Below, one piece after another: positions 48,360 through 64,000 of a stretch of 64,000 bases of DNA; the first letter of the stretch is position 1; every line of letters begins with the position of its first letter. This stretch comes from the human T2T-CHM13v2.0 reference genome, Homo sapiens: NCBI RefSeq assembly GCF_009914755.1, contig NC_060947.1; one strand, given 5' to 3'. Below the pieces are notes generated by a model. The model had not been told where the DNA came from. It did not search any database and saw only the letters and a list, made by a program, of their open reading frames with translations. Position numbers and translations under genes: made by a program.

Positions 48360-49745
48360 AGAGGGTGAAAAGAAAGGAAACTCGAGCCAGCCTAGGAAGG
48401 ACCCTACCTTGTGCTACTAAAGAGACTGCTGTTTGTACAGTGAAAAAAGGATAGACTCATCACAACCGAGTCAAGAAAGCACCATCCCCTCCAGTGTCCT
48501 GGGCCATAGTCCCAGGGGAAAACCGTACCAAACTAAAGCTAAGAAAAATTTAACTCTTTCATCTATTCTATTACTCTTTCTTCTCTCCTCGCTCTATTGC
48601 TGACCATCTAGTTATTAACATAATGAAGTCAATTTTGCCTCAAACTATTGCATTTAATGCTTGCCTGTTACACCCTGTGGGGACTTGCCAAGTCAAAGAC
48701 AGCTCTCTACTTCAAAAAAGTACCTCTGTCCCTCCTGACTCTCCTCAGACTGGGCATTAGTAAATTAGGACCATTTAATCTGGGGAAATTTTGATAAAGA
48801 CTCCAGTGTCAACCAGGAGTGAGTCTTGCCCCCCAATGTAGAGCTTTTATGCCATAGTTGGTCCAACGTTCTGTGGAGCACTAAAGAGCAAGGTTGGACT
48901 GCCCTAACTGGTTTTTATAATTTCCTAAAATCATACATTCATTTTACTGGAGGATCATAGAAGTTAAAGACTTAAAACAAACTTTGACAATAAAGAGAAG
49001 ATGCCAAGTTTCAAATGCCTGGTTGGAATGGATCAAATATTCCATCCACACATTAAACAAAAGGAGCTGTTATGCTTGTGCGCACAGCAGGCTAGAGGCC
49101 TAGATTGTCCCCTTTCCACTAGGGTGGTCCTCCAGTTGACCAGGCGTGGGCTGCGTGGTAGCTCTTTTCCAGGATTCTACAGCCTGGAGTAACAAGTCAT
49201 GCCAAGCTCTCTCTCTGCTATATCCCGAAGTCCAGCATCCTGTGGGTCAGCCCCCAAGGGCCATCCAGCTTCCGTCTCCCAACACTAAGTTCACTTCATG
49301 TCTCTCATGACAGGGAGGAAACTTAGAGTTCCTTGGAGACCTGAGGTCACGCAGTGAGCTTAAGAATTTTCTAGAGCTTATCAATCAGTCAGCCCCTGTT
49401 CATCCCCGAGTGGATGTGTGGTGGTATTGTGGTGGACCTTTACTGGACACTCTGCTGAATAACTGGAGTGGCACTTATACTTTAGTCCAATTGGCTATCT
49501 CTTTTACCCTGGCATTTCATCAACCAGAGGGAGGAAAAATAAGACATCATAAAGCGAGAGAAGCCCCTTATGGATCTTTTGACTCTCACGTCCACTTAGA
49601 CACAATTGGAGTCCCATGGAGAATACCAGATCAATTTAAAGCTTGAAATCAAATAGCAGCAGGATTTTAGTCAATATTTTGGTGGGTGACAGTTAATAAA
49701 AATATAGACTGGATAATACATCTATTACAACCAACAGCAACAAGC
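48360..49745 (+). pseudogene. env: Integrase C-terminus and disrupted env fragments (HERV-I/IP-like)
   Basis: EGPYLVLL and RVKKAP integrase tail; WWYCGGPLLDTL...DSHVHLDTIGVP...IPDQFKA env remnant. Confidence 0.7.
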
Positions 49746-49770
49746 TTTTCATGAGTTAAAAGAAAAACTC

Positions 49771-50330
49771 ATGTTGGCCCCAGCCCTGGGGCTACCCGAC
49801 CTGACAAAACCCTTTACACCCTATGTGTCAGAAAGAAAGAAAATGACAGTTGGAGTTTTAACCCAGACTGTGAGGCCCTGGCCAAGGCCAGTGGCCTATC
49901 TCTCAAAACAACTAGATGGGGTTTCCAAAGCCTGGCCCCCATGTCTAAGGGCCCTGGCAGCAAAGGCCCTGTTAGCACAAGAAGCAGATAAACTAACCCT
50001 TGGGCAAGACCTGAATATAAAGGCCTCCTATGCTGTGGTAATTTCAATGATTACCAAAGGACATCATTGGTTAACAAATGCTAGATTAACCAAGTACCAA
50101 AGCTTGCTATGTGAAAATCCCTGCATAACCATTGAAGTTTGCAACACCCTAAACCCTGCCACCTTGCTGCTGGTATCAGAGAGTCCAGTTGAACATAACT
50201 GTGTAGAGGTGTTGGACTCAGTTTATTCTAGCAGGCCCAACCTCCGAGACCATCGTTGAACTCAGTAGACTGTGAGCAGTACATGGACGGGAGCAGCTTC
50301 GCCAACCTCTGCAAAGTGACTCTGAAGAAG
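49771..50330 (+). pseudogene. pol: pol fragment (RT connection to start of RNase H)
   Basis: APALGLPDLTKPF, RPVAYLSKQLD, WLTNARLTKYQSLL, LNPATLL; followed by a MDGSS remnant. Confidence 0.88.
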
Positions 50331-50499
50331 ACAACAAGCCCTGCTCCAGTCACACCCAGAAGCTGATTGGTCCACGCATGGCCAAAGCATGAGAAAACTC
50401 ATCACGGGACTCATTTTCCTTAAAATTTGAACTTTTTCAGTAAGGACTTCAACTGACCTTCTTCAGACTGAGGACTATTCCCAGTGTATACATCAAGTC

Positions 50500-52456
50500 A
50501 CTGAGGTGGGACAAAAAGTTGCTATAGTCCTATTATTTTATGGTTATTATAAGTGTACTGGAACTCTAAAAAAAACTTGTTTGTATAATTTTATTCTATA
50601 CAAGGTATGTAGCCCAGGAAATGACCAACCTGATGTGTGTTATGGCCTATCTGAGCCTCCCATGACCACAGTTTTTAAAATAAGATTAAGGACTGAGGAC
50701 TGCTGGGGGCTCATAAATGATACGTGTAAAGTGTTAGCCAAAACAGAAGAAAAAGGGGTGCCCAAACCAGTCATCTTGAAATTTGATGCCTGTGCTGTTA
50801 TTAATAGTAATAAGTTAGAAATAGGATATGGTTTTCTTAATTAAAAAAGAGGCTATATGGCAGAAAATAAGTACATTTGTCATGAATTAGGACTGTGTGG
50901 AAATAAATGTGGATACTGGTCTTGTGTCATTTAGGCTACTTGGATAAAAAATGAAAAGAATCCTGTCCACCTTCAGAAAGGGAAAAGTGGCCCTTCCTGT
51001 ACCAGTGCTCAGTGTAACCCCTTAGAACTAGTAATAACCAACCCCCTTGATCCTCTCTGGAAAAAAGGGGAGCATGTAACCCTAGGAATCGATGGGGCTG
51101 GACTGGATCCTCGAGTAAATATCATGGTTTGAGGAGAAGTTTATAAATGCTCTCCTGAGCCAGTATTTCAAATCTTCTATGATAAACTGAATGTGCCAGT
51201 ACCAGAAATTCCAGGAAACAAGAAATTTGTTTTTGCAATTAGCTGAGCATGTAGCCCAGTCTCTCAATGTCACTTCATGTTATGTATGTAGAGGAACTGT
51301 AATGGGAGATCAATGGCCATGGGAAGCCCAAAAATTAGTACCTACAGACCCAGTTCCTGGTGAATTCCTGGCTCAAAAGAATCACCCTGATTCTTTTGAG
51401 AATCTGGGTCCTAAAAGCCTCCATCATTAGACAATACTGTATAGCAAGAGTGGGAAAGGATTTCACCCTTCCTGTGGGAAGACTCACATGCCTTGGGCAA
51501 AAAACTGTATAATAATATTACAAAAACAGCCACCTAGTGGAGTTCAAACCATACTAAAAAAAATCCATTTAGTAAATTCCCAAAGTTGCAAACCATGTGG
51601 ACCCACCCAGAGTCCCACCAGGACTGGACAGCCCCCACTGGATTGTACTGGATATGTGGGCATAGACCTTATGCCAAATTGCCCAACCAGTGGGCAGGTA
51701 GTTGTGTTATTGGCACTATTAAACCATCTTTCTTGCTACTGCCCATAAAGACAGGCGAACCCCTGGGCTTCCCTGTATGTGATTCCCATGAAAAGAGAAG
51801 CATAGCTACAAAAAATAGGAAAGATAATAAATGGCCCCCTGAGAGAATCATACAATATTATGGGCCTGCTACTTGGGCACAAGATGGCTCGTGGGGATAC
51901 CCGACCCCCATTTACATGCTCAACCGAATCATATGGTTACAAGCTGTGTTAGAAATAATCACTAATAAGACCAGCAGAGCCTTGACTATTCTGGCCTGGT
52001 AAGAAACTCAGATGAGAAATGCTATCTATCAAAATAGATTGGCTCTTGACTACTTGCCAGCAGCTGAAGGAGGAGGTCTGTAGAAAATTTAACCTTACTA
52101 ATTGCTGTCTACACATAGATGATCAAGGGCAAGTAGTTGAAGACATAGTTAGAAATATGACAAAACTGGCACATGTGCCCGTGCAAGTGCGGCATGGATT
52201 TGATCCTGGGGCCATGTTTTGAAAATGGTTCCCAGTGCTAAAAAGATTTAAAACTCTTATAATAGGAGTTATAATAGTAATAGAAACCTGCTTACTGCTC
52301 CCTTGTTTGCTACCTGTACTTCTTCAAATGATAAAAAGCTTCCCTACCTTAGTTCACCAAAATGCTTCAGCACAAGTGTACTGTATGACTCACTATCGAT
52401 CTGTCTTGCAAGAAGACTTGGGTAGTAAGAATGAAAGTGAGAGCTCCCACAATTGA
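50500..52456 (+). pseudogene. env: Disrupted HERV-E-type env (SU/TM)
   Basis: [20 protein letters not shown], degenerate furin site HEKR/SIA, immunosuppressive domain YQNRLALDYL, CRKFNLTNCC, TM anchor; many stops and frameshifts. Confidence 0.88.
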
Positions 52457-52479
52457 GTGAGATTCTCAAAGGTGGGGAA

Positions 52480-55114
<2,635 letters not shown>

Positions 55115-55362
55115 ATTAGAGCTCTTTCATGTATTTTGGTAGTGAAATATCACATCCACAGGACACATGTAAAGATAGAGCTGTAAAAGGCATGTAGAAT
55201 AAAAGCCATGTTCAAAAGATACTTTGCCTGTTTTCAAAAAAATGTTTCTCCCTTACTTTAGATAATTAGTAAAACTTATAGAAGCCAACAAAATTGAAGG
55301 AGAGAGCCATCATTCAAGGCCTTTTTAAAAGAGAAAGAGTGGCACTTTTAAGATATCAATCT

Positions 55363-55692
<330 letters not shown>

Positions 55693-58116
55693 TTAGAGAA
55701 GTTAAAAATTTAAAAATGTCTTGCATTAAAAGTAAGTCAATATTTGTAATAAAATCTTGTTTTAACCAATTATTTAGTTCTGTATTGGTGCATATTTTAA
55801 TATTAAAGACCCATCTCTAGAAAGATTATTGTAATTTCCCTTTAATTATATCCAACTGAGTTATATAATCCCTTTAAAAATTCACTTTTATTAACCTTAT
55901 TACAACTTTCATAGACCACTTATAACATAGTTAAACTTTCTGCTTTACCCTAAACATTACTCTTTCTTGAACAACCCAGTCATTGATTTCAGGGCAGAAA
56001 TTCACCACACATGATTCTTTCTTATATAAAATCACTTTCCTTTTTACTTTCTTTACCAAAAATACCTCTTTATATCTTTAACTTTCTTTACATCTCTTAT
56101 TTCCTGATTCCTTTACCTTGTTTTATAAATACCCTTAAATAAGATTTGAATTAGACAAAGATATTTCACCTTTAATAAGAACATTAAAAAAATTTTTCCT
56201 ATAATTCTGAAATTGGAAATTACCAAGATAGTTAATATCAAATAATAACCTTAAATCCTAAATTATGACAAGTCTGTTTACAAGCATTTATTTCATTTCA
56301 TTTATCTGATTAATAGTTTACGTATATTATTTACAAAAACCATGATAGTCAAATATTCAAAGTTATTTTTCTATTAATCATTTTTATACCTGTGAATTTC
56401 AGGTATTTACCTAAGTAATAAAATGTATGGTTAATTTTAAAGCTATTTATACCGATAACTTAGGATTTAGCTGTTTTCACTAGGCCAAAAATATTTCATA
56501 AGCATACACAAGCAAAGATTATCCTGTCTTGGGCTGGGTCTTACAGTTATAACCCTTATGGCAAATTTTATAGTATTCTGCAGGAATAAACGTGAAACAA
56601 TTTGATTGAAAAAAATGCTAACAAAATGCTTACAATGTTTAAGACATTGCTAGTACTATTTTACCAATAATTTTAAAACCACCTTATTTATTAAAAATTA
56701 TACTTAAGTGATGGGAACCTGAAAAAGCATTTAGTCTTTTAATTATCTGATTTAAGTGTTCTTATATATTTTCAATCCAATTAACTAGAGCTCTTTATAT
56801 ATTTTTAGTAGTAAAACTTTGCATACACAACACATAAATACACAGACGTATTTAGGCATGCTGATAAAAGTACATTTTATAGATTCAAACAGACTTCCTT
56901 TTTCCTTTTTTATTTTTTTTTTTCTATTTTAGACTTTCAAATTCTTGATAACATGTTGCATCACCCTAGGGAGTTGTCAGCTAACTAGCCCTAAATTTGC
57001 ATATTAAAGGAAACAACTCAATTTGTAAGGATCAGATAGTAAAATTTACATCATATGGGGAGAAAAGTTTGGTGTGTTAGGGAAATTAAAATGAATTTAA
57101 CTGCTAATAAAACATAAAATTATAGAATTTATAAAGGCCTTTTAAATATACACACACAAAGATCTATAGCATTACTTTAGTACTTTAGCCATGAGATAAG
57201 TTTAAATTCACCAGCTTACAAACAAAACATGTTAGCTCCAAATGGTGGTTTTTATCTCGGTAGAAAAGTGACAGCAGATTTCAAGCAGGAAGAAAAGAAA
57301 ATTGTTAAAGAGAACTTAGGAACTCTATAGTTTCCAAGTCGACTTTAGGGCTCTTTTTCCTCAATGTAAATATGCACAAAGACCATAATTACTTCAATTT
57401 TCCATAAACTCTGGCAATTAAATGTGCCATAAAACTTACAGAGTGCTTGAAAGGGGGTCATTCTCCTTGTTTTCTCTTTATTCTTGATTGTTTCTTTCCC
57501 ACATTTTCTTTTCTTAAAAGGAGGAACTGAGCTGTGGCCTAAGGTTTCTGTGTGGTGGATTGATATGTTTCCTGTATTAGCTATTCTTAAAATTAATTTT
57601 TGCTGGGAATTTCCCTGCAGGGCTGCTGCACGTAATGGGGGTCAACTCCCCAGGCACTCCTATGAGGCACCCCCTGTCACCCAGGAGCACTTTTTGGCTG
57701 AGAGGAGCAAATGCCCTTTCTCTTCAGAGCTGAAAAAAAAAATACTCAGTCTCTTATTTATCTATGAAAATGACAGCTCAGTTCCTCACGAAAATGCACA
57801 CAGACAATCCAAATTGAAATTAATTCTGAGAGGAAAAGCAATAGAGAAAACCCTTTAGAATGCATCTCTGAACTAGAATTAGGACCCTTAAACAACAACT
57901 TCCTAGGAAAAAAAACCAGCTCAGAATAAATCAAAGACCTTCAACCAAAACAGGAGGTCCAGGGCTCAGGAGAACTTACCATTTTCACTGGAGGAGAATC
58001 TCGAACTCAGTCAGGCTTCAATGGACCCCAGCTGGTACCATAGCTCTGGTTTCAGGCAATTCCTTCTGGGTCCTGAGTCTTCTCTGAAGCCCTACGTTTT
58101 TGGGGCACCAAATTAT

Positions 58117-59243
58117 TGTCAAGAAAAAGAGTCAAACTCTGTAAATATTTGAAGAGATTTATTCTGAGCCAAATATGAGTGACCATGGCCCATGACACAG
58201 CCCTCAGGAGGTCCTGAGAACACATGCCCAAGGTGGTCAGGGTGTGGCTTGGTTTTATACATTTTAGAGAAGCATGAGACATCAATCAAATACATTTAAG
58301 AAATACATTGGTTTGATCCAGAAAGGTGGGACAACTCAAAGTGGGGGCTTCCAGGCTACATTTAAACATTTTCTGGTTGACAGTTGGTTGAGTTTGTCTA
58401 AAGACCTGGGATCAATAGAAAGGAAATGTTCAGGTTAAGATAAAACATTGTGGAGAACAAGGTTCTTTGGAAGTCTTATGGTGGCTGACCTTAGAGACAA
58501 TAGATGACAAATGTTTTCTATTCAGATCTTTAAAAGGTGGTAGGCTCTTAGTTAATCTCTTAAAAAGAAAAAGATCTAGCTATGTTAATAGAGATTTTTT
58601 ACAGATGCAAATTTTCTCCCACAAAGGACAGCTTTGTGGGGCCATTTCAAGATATGGCAAAGAAACATGTTTTGAGGTAAAATATTTTGACTTTCTTCTT
58701 TGTCACATAATGTCATTCCACAGTCAGACTGGAGAGTAAGTCATGATATATAAGGTTAAATAAAACCTATTTGTCACACGTGTCCATGTGAAGAGACCAT
58801 CAAACAGGCTTTGTGTGAGCAATAAAGGTTTTTAGTCACCTGGGTGCAGGCGGGCTGACTCCGAAAAGAGAGTCAGCGAAGGGAGATGGGGTGGGGCCAT
58901 TTTATAGGATTTGGGTAGGTAGTGGAAAATTACAGTCAAAGGGGGTTGTTCTCTGGTGGGCAGGGGTGGGAGTCACAAGGTGTTCAGTGAGGGAGCTTCT
59001 GAGCCAGGAGAAGGAATTTCACAAGGTAATGTCATCAATTAAGGCAGGAACTGGCCATTTTCACTTCTTTTGTGATTCTTCACTTGCTTGAGGCCATCTG
59101 GATGTATATGTGCAGGCCTGCGCTCAGAGGCCTGACACTATCTGATGAGAATTTATGGTTTGTAGGGCCTGACTCTCTAGACCCCTTAGATAGGAATTTG
59201 GGCAAAATAAAATTTAAAAAAGAAAATCAGAGCTTAGTCCTCA
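58117..59243 (-). mobile_element. MER4 5' LTR interrupted by LTR7
   Basis: Collinear with 39215-39996. Confidence 0.9.
58772..59137 (-). mobile_element. Solo LTR7-family (HERV-H) LTR
   Basis: Minus strand starts tgtcaggcctctgagc; gaagagaccatcaaacaggctttgtgtgagcaa present; TSD ctatt/ctatc. Confidence 0.92.
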
Positions 59244-59641
59244 AAACCATTACTCTTTTTTTTTTTTCTTTTAAGTTCACCGGTATGAGTGCAGGTTTGT
59301 TACATATGTAAATTTTTGTCATGGGGGTTTCTTGTACAGATTATTTCATCACCCAGGCATTAAGCTAATACCCGTTAGTTATTTTTTCTGATCCTCTCCC
59401 TCCTCTTCTCCTCCATCCTCCAAAGGCCCCAGTGTGTGTCTTTCCCATATATGTGTCCATGTGTTCTCATCATTTAGCTCCCACTTATAAGTAAGAACAC
59501 ATGAATTTGGTTTTTTGTTTCTGTGTTAATTTGCTAAGGATAATGGCCTCCACCTCCATCCATGTCCCTGCAAAGGACCTGATCTCATTTTTTTTATGGC
59601 TGCATAGTATTTTATGGTGTGTATTTACCACAGTTTCTTTA

Positions 59642-60147
59642 TGTAAAAAGTAAAGTAGAGGTTCCTCTTCAAAGACTTTCCTCCCCATCTAAGTAGGAAT
59701 AAATAGTAACTTCTCTTAGAAGCAAAATTTATTCAAAGACATGTGCTAACATTCTTAAATAACTGCCAGCCTTAATAAAGAAATCAATGTACGTTATGTT
59801 CTTAGCTCCCAAAATTTAGCCTAAATATTTGCCCTGGCAAACACTTATACTTGTCCAAGCAAGCATTAGGTCATAGCCTGTTCCTCTTCCTTATGTGAAT
59901 GTATTTTTACCTTTCTCAGCATTCCACAAGTTACTTCCACCTTACTTTGTTCTCCTCTTCCTTTTCCTCTTTTAAAAAGTTCTAAGTTGCTAGCCAGTTG
60001 GGACAAATACAAAATGTGAGGTCCTGTTCCATCCAATGGAAATCAGACACAGCAGTAGGGTGGATTCCTAAGGTTATAAATGACCCTGTCTCCTTTGTTC
60101 GGTGTACTCTCATGACAAAACTGCTGGCGAGTGTACCCTTTCTGCAG

Positions 60148-60188
<41 letters not shown>

Positions 60189-60259
60189 CTTGCTGAGGAA
60201 ATTAAATTTATGTTCAAGTGCTATTTCTTTATGGCACCAGGGAACAAGCATTTCAAACA
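59642..60259 (+). mobile_element. Solo LTR10-family (HERV-I) LTR
   Basis: tgtaaaaagtaaagtagaggttcctcttcaaagac...catttcaaaca; TSD ttta; expanded internal A-run. Confidence 0.85.
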
Positions 60260-60675
60260 TTTATGTAGTCTATCACTGATGGGCATTTAGGTTGATTCCA
60301 TGTCTTCGCTATTGTGAATAGTGCTTCAATGAACATATGTGTGCATGTGTGCTTGGATAACTGGCTAGCTATACGCAGAAGATGAAACTAGACCCCTTCT
60401 TTACACATATACAAAAATTAACTCAAGATGGATTAAAGATTTAAATGTAAAACACAAAACTATAAAAATCCTGGAAGACAACCTAGGCACTACCATTCTG
60501 GACACAGGCATGGGCAAAGATTTCATAATAAGATGACAAAAGCAATGGCAGCAAAAGCAAAAATTGACAAATGGGATCTAATTAAACTAAAGAGCTTCTG
60601 AACAGCAAAAGAAACTAACAGGTTAAACAGACAACCTACAGTACGGGAGAAAATTTTTACAAACTATGCGTCTGA

Positions 60676-61157
<482 letters not shown>

Positions 61158-61564
61158 TGATCGTCAGAGAAATGCAAATCAAAATGAGACACCATCTCAC
61201 ACCAGTCAGAATGTCAGAATGGCTATTTTTAAAAAGTCAAAAAACAGATACGGGTAAGGTTGTGGAGAAAAAGAAATGTTTATGCACCATTGGTGGTAGT
61301 ATAAATTAGTTCAGCCATTGTGGGAGGCAGTGTGGTGATTCCTCAAAGACATAAAGACAGAAATACCATTCAATCCAGCAATCCCATTACTGGATATAAA
61401 CCCAAAGGAGTATAAATCATTCTATTACTCTATTGTTAATTAAAAATTTCTCACCAAATAAAATTGTTTATGCAACTCTGTTGCATTTGTTATCAAGGTT
61501 ACATTCGTTTTAATTTTAAGGTATCTCTAATGATAGCTAGAAGCCATATGTTATAGAGGTGAAT

Positions 61565-61745
61565 ATTGTGGGTTTAAGAGCACCAGTGCTTACTAGCTGT
61601 GTGAACTCAAGCATATTATTTAACATCTTGGAACCTTAGTTTTCTCATTGTTTATTAGGAATAATAATAGTTTATACCTCTTATGGTTGACAAGAGTATT
61701 CAGTGAGAAAGTCAATGATTATTGGCTGTTATTATTAACTGTTGC
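61565..61745 (+). mobile_element. MIR
   Basis: MIR core ttactagctgtgtgaactc...ccttagttttctcatt...ggaataataatag. Confidence 0.8.
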
Positions 61746-62634
61746 ACTTTTTCTCCTTGGTACTTTTTTCAGTTGGGTTAGGCAAATGTTACAATTAGGA
61801 TATGGTTTTTTCTTTGGAGATGCAGCTGCTAATGCAGGTATGGACTTCAAACTTCCAAAGATTTGTGCAGTTTTAAAAACCCAAAAACACGATTTAAATA
61901 TAAGCTCATCATTAACACATGTTTCCATTGATGGTATCATTTAAACAGCACCAGAAGCTTTACTATAATGCATCTGATAAATACAAGATAATTACTTTTC
62001 AAATATACATTTCAGAATTCTTGAATTACATCAAAAGTGTTTAATTGGATTGAAACAGATATAGAAGTAAACTATTTTTATGTAATCTTTTGGAGAGATT
62101 GTTGATTTGTTACATGAGGAAGTATGTACTTTACAGATGCAGTACCCTTTTGTATGCTTATCACTTTGCTTCTTGACTCTCTCACCAGGTAACTCAAAAC
62201 ACAGACAATTTTCTGGCCTATTGATTAGAGACTACACAATCCTCAATATAGTAGATCGTATATCTATCTGCCCTTTTGTAATTCTGCATACAATAAATGT
62301 ATTCTGTCTAGGTAGCAAATTCCTGAAGGGTAAAAGTCAGGATTAGCTTAGCCTAATTTAATCCCTAGAATTACTCAGTACCTTTAAAAAGCAACAAATA
62401 TCAGTTGATCACTTCCAGTGATGGAACTATCATTTACAAAGTGATTTTGAAGCCAAGTAAACAAAAGTTTACTTGTCAAGAACATTCTCACGGATTCATT
62501 ATTATTACCAATCATTTAAAAATCTTGCACATAAGCTGATCTAGAAAGTAAAAAAAAGACAATAAAGAATTTAAAAGCTTATGCAGAAATATTACATATA
62601 AATTTTTACTAATTTGCAAATTCATCAAAAAGCA

Positions 62635-62750
62635 AGCACACTTATAATTACCAAACTCCGATATTTACTTGTAAAATGTCGCAGTACAACAGCGAGCATA
62701 CTTATAATTACCAAACTCCAACATTTACTTATAAAATGTCACAGTACAAC
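62635..62750. repeat. Tandem duplication, 60-bp period, 2 copies
   Basis: cttataattaccaaactcc...cagtacaac at 62641 and 62701. Confidence 0.93.
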
Positions 62751-64000
62751 TTTATTGCAGAGTTGGAGTATGTTACTGGGTATGAATAAATAAATTAATA
62801 AACAAAATTACTTAAAAGGAGCTATTCCCGGTAGCTAATTATTTACTGAAATATTCCTTAAACACACAGAGGCATACACATATGCAATATGAAGAGTGGG
62901 AAAGTGTAGTCTGTGAATACTACACTAGCCATTATTTCCTTAGTTGAGCTCAATTTCAATGATCTTAAAATTGGTAATTGATTAAATTTCTTTGACAGCA
63001 ATATCTATATATGTTTGTTTAGTGAAATCCTAGATGCAGCAGTAGCACTAGCCACATAACCAAAATTTCCAGACTAGTGGAAAATGTGGCTACTGTCATC
63101 ACTGTTATGTGTTAGAAGGGAAGAAAGGGCTAAAAAAGGTTTCCCTTGTTTCTCTCATTTTCCCTTTGTTGAAGCTTTGGAATACATTTCAGGCTATCAC
63201 GAAGTTTTCCAACCTACAAGTTAACCTTGGGTAGACTCTTCAAACATAGATCCCTATATTTTCTTACAGAATACAGATGTATAGATGCAATGATTTATGC
63301 AATGTCTTTTGACCCTGAAGAGACAGTTTCCTGCAATTTGGTGTAACAACTGCTATGAAATGACTATTATAAATACTGTCATAATTTCAACATTGGTCAG
63401 CAGCAGCCAAATGTATGATACAAAACTCAAATTTTCCATTGTTTAAAAGTGTATTCATGTCACAATGCAGTTTCTGTATGAAAACTCTTAGTGTAAAATA
63501 TGGATACCATTTTCAGATGACAGAATAGTAGAATCCATAAAGAAAAGCAACAGAAGGAGGAGGATAGTAATTTTCCTTCCTTTCCATTTGCTGCTCTGCT
63601 GAAGAAGTGATCAAGACTGGTATGACAGGTAGACATTTAACACATGCAGATTTTTCCTTCTTTGAACATTGACAGGGTGATATCAACATAAATTGGACTG
63701 AAAAAATGTAATTTCAAGAAATGAAATTATTATTTATATACTTTAATTTGTAAAATCATCTCAGGAACTTATTTACAGCTTCAGGGAGGTTTTTAAAGTT
63801 CCCTCTATATTTTTAAAGGGCATAAAATATAGATTTTTTAAAAAAGCTATAGTAAAATTCAAAACATCTGCTAAGTATTGCTAGCACTTAATCTTAAAGA
63901 CTACTGTTTTTAATATTTTTTCTCTAGTTTTTATTATATTAACCTTATATAACCAGAACCAAAGAAAGCATTACTAAAGCAACAGCATCGCATTGAAAAC

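Noticed and set aside
50506-52456. Possible intact (syncytin-like) env
   Set aside because: Broken into many short frames, with stops, frameshifts and a degenerate furin site
57484-57858. 124-aa ORF
   Set aside because: Non-ATG start, antisense to the MER4 leader region, no recognisable homology

Overview
This is primate (human-like) genomic DNA, AT-rich and mostly transposable elements. The only clearly recognisable gene is an intronless UBE2D2-like retrocopy in a CpG island (35008-35235). It matches human UBE2DNL, which suggests Xq21.1. It has lost the catalytic Cys85 region through a frameshift and an internal deletion. The rest is nested repeats: old L1M/L2/MIR/MER elements, a full-length minus-strand L1PA13-16-type element with a tandemly repeated 5'UTR, about 20 Alus, and a 20 kb MER4-family provirus. 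That provirus contains a complete LTR2/Harlequin provirus (with an L1PA in its 3' LTR) and a solo LTR7. A twin-primed L1 carrying an LTR10 follows it. I see no convincing new multi-gene system. The best unexplained observations are: (1) two inverted ~2.15 kb L1PA copies 49 kb apart, 5'-truncated at the same nucleotide; (2) a 147-bp inverted duplication not matching any TE I recognise, with a third direct copy (10.1-12.3 kb); (3) the UBE2DNL frame architecture; (4) an open Gag-matrix/charged-tail ORF; (5) scattered exon-like remnants. Repeat subfamily calls and mismatch counts were made by eye and need RepeatMasker or alignment confirmation.
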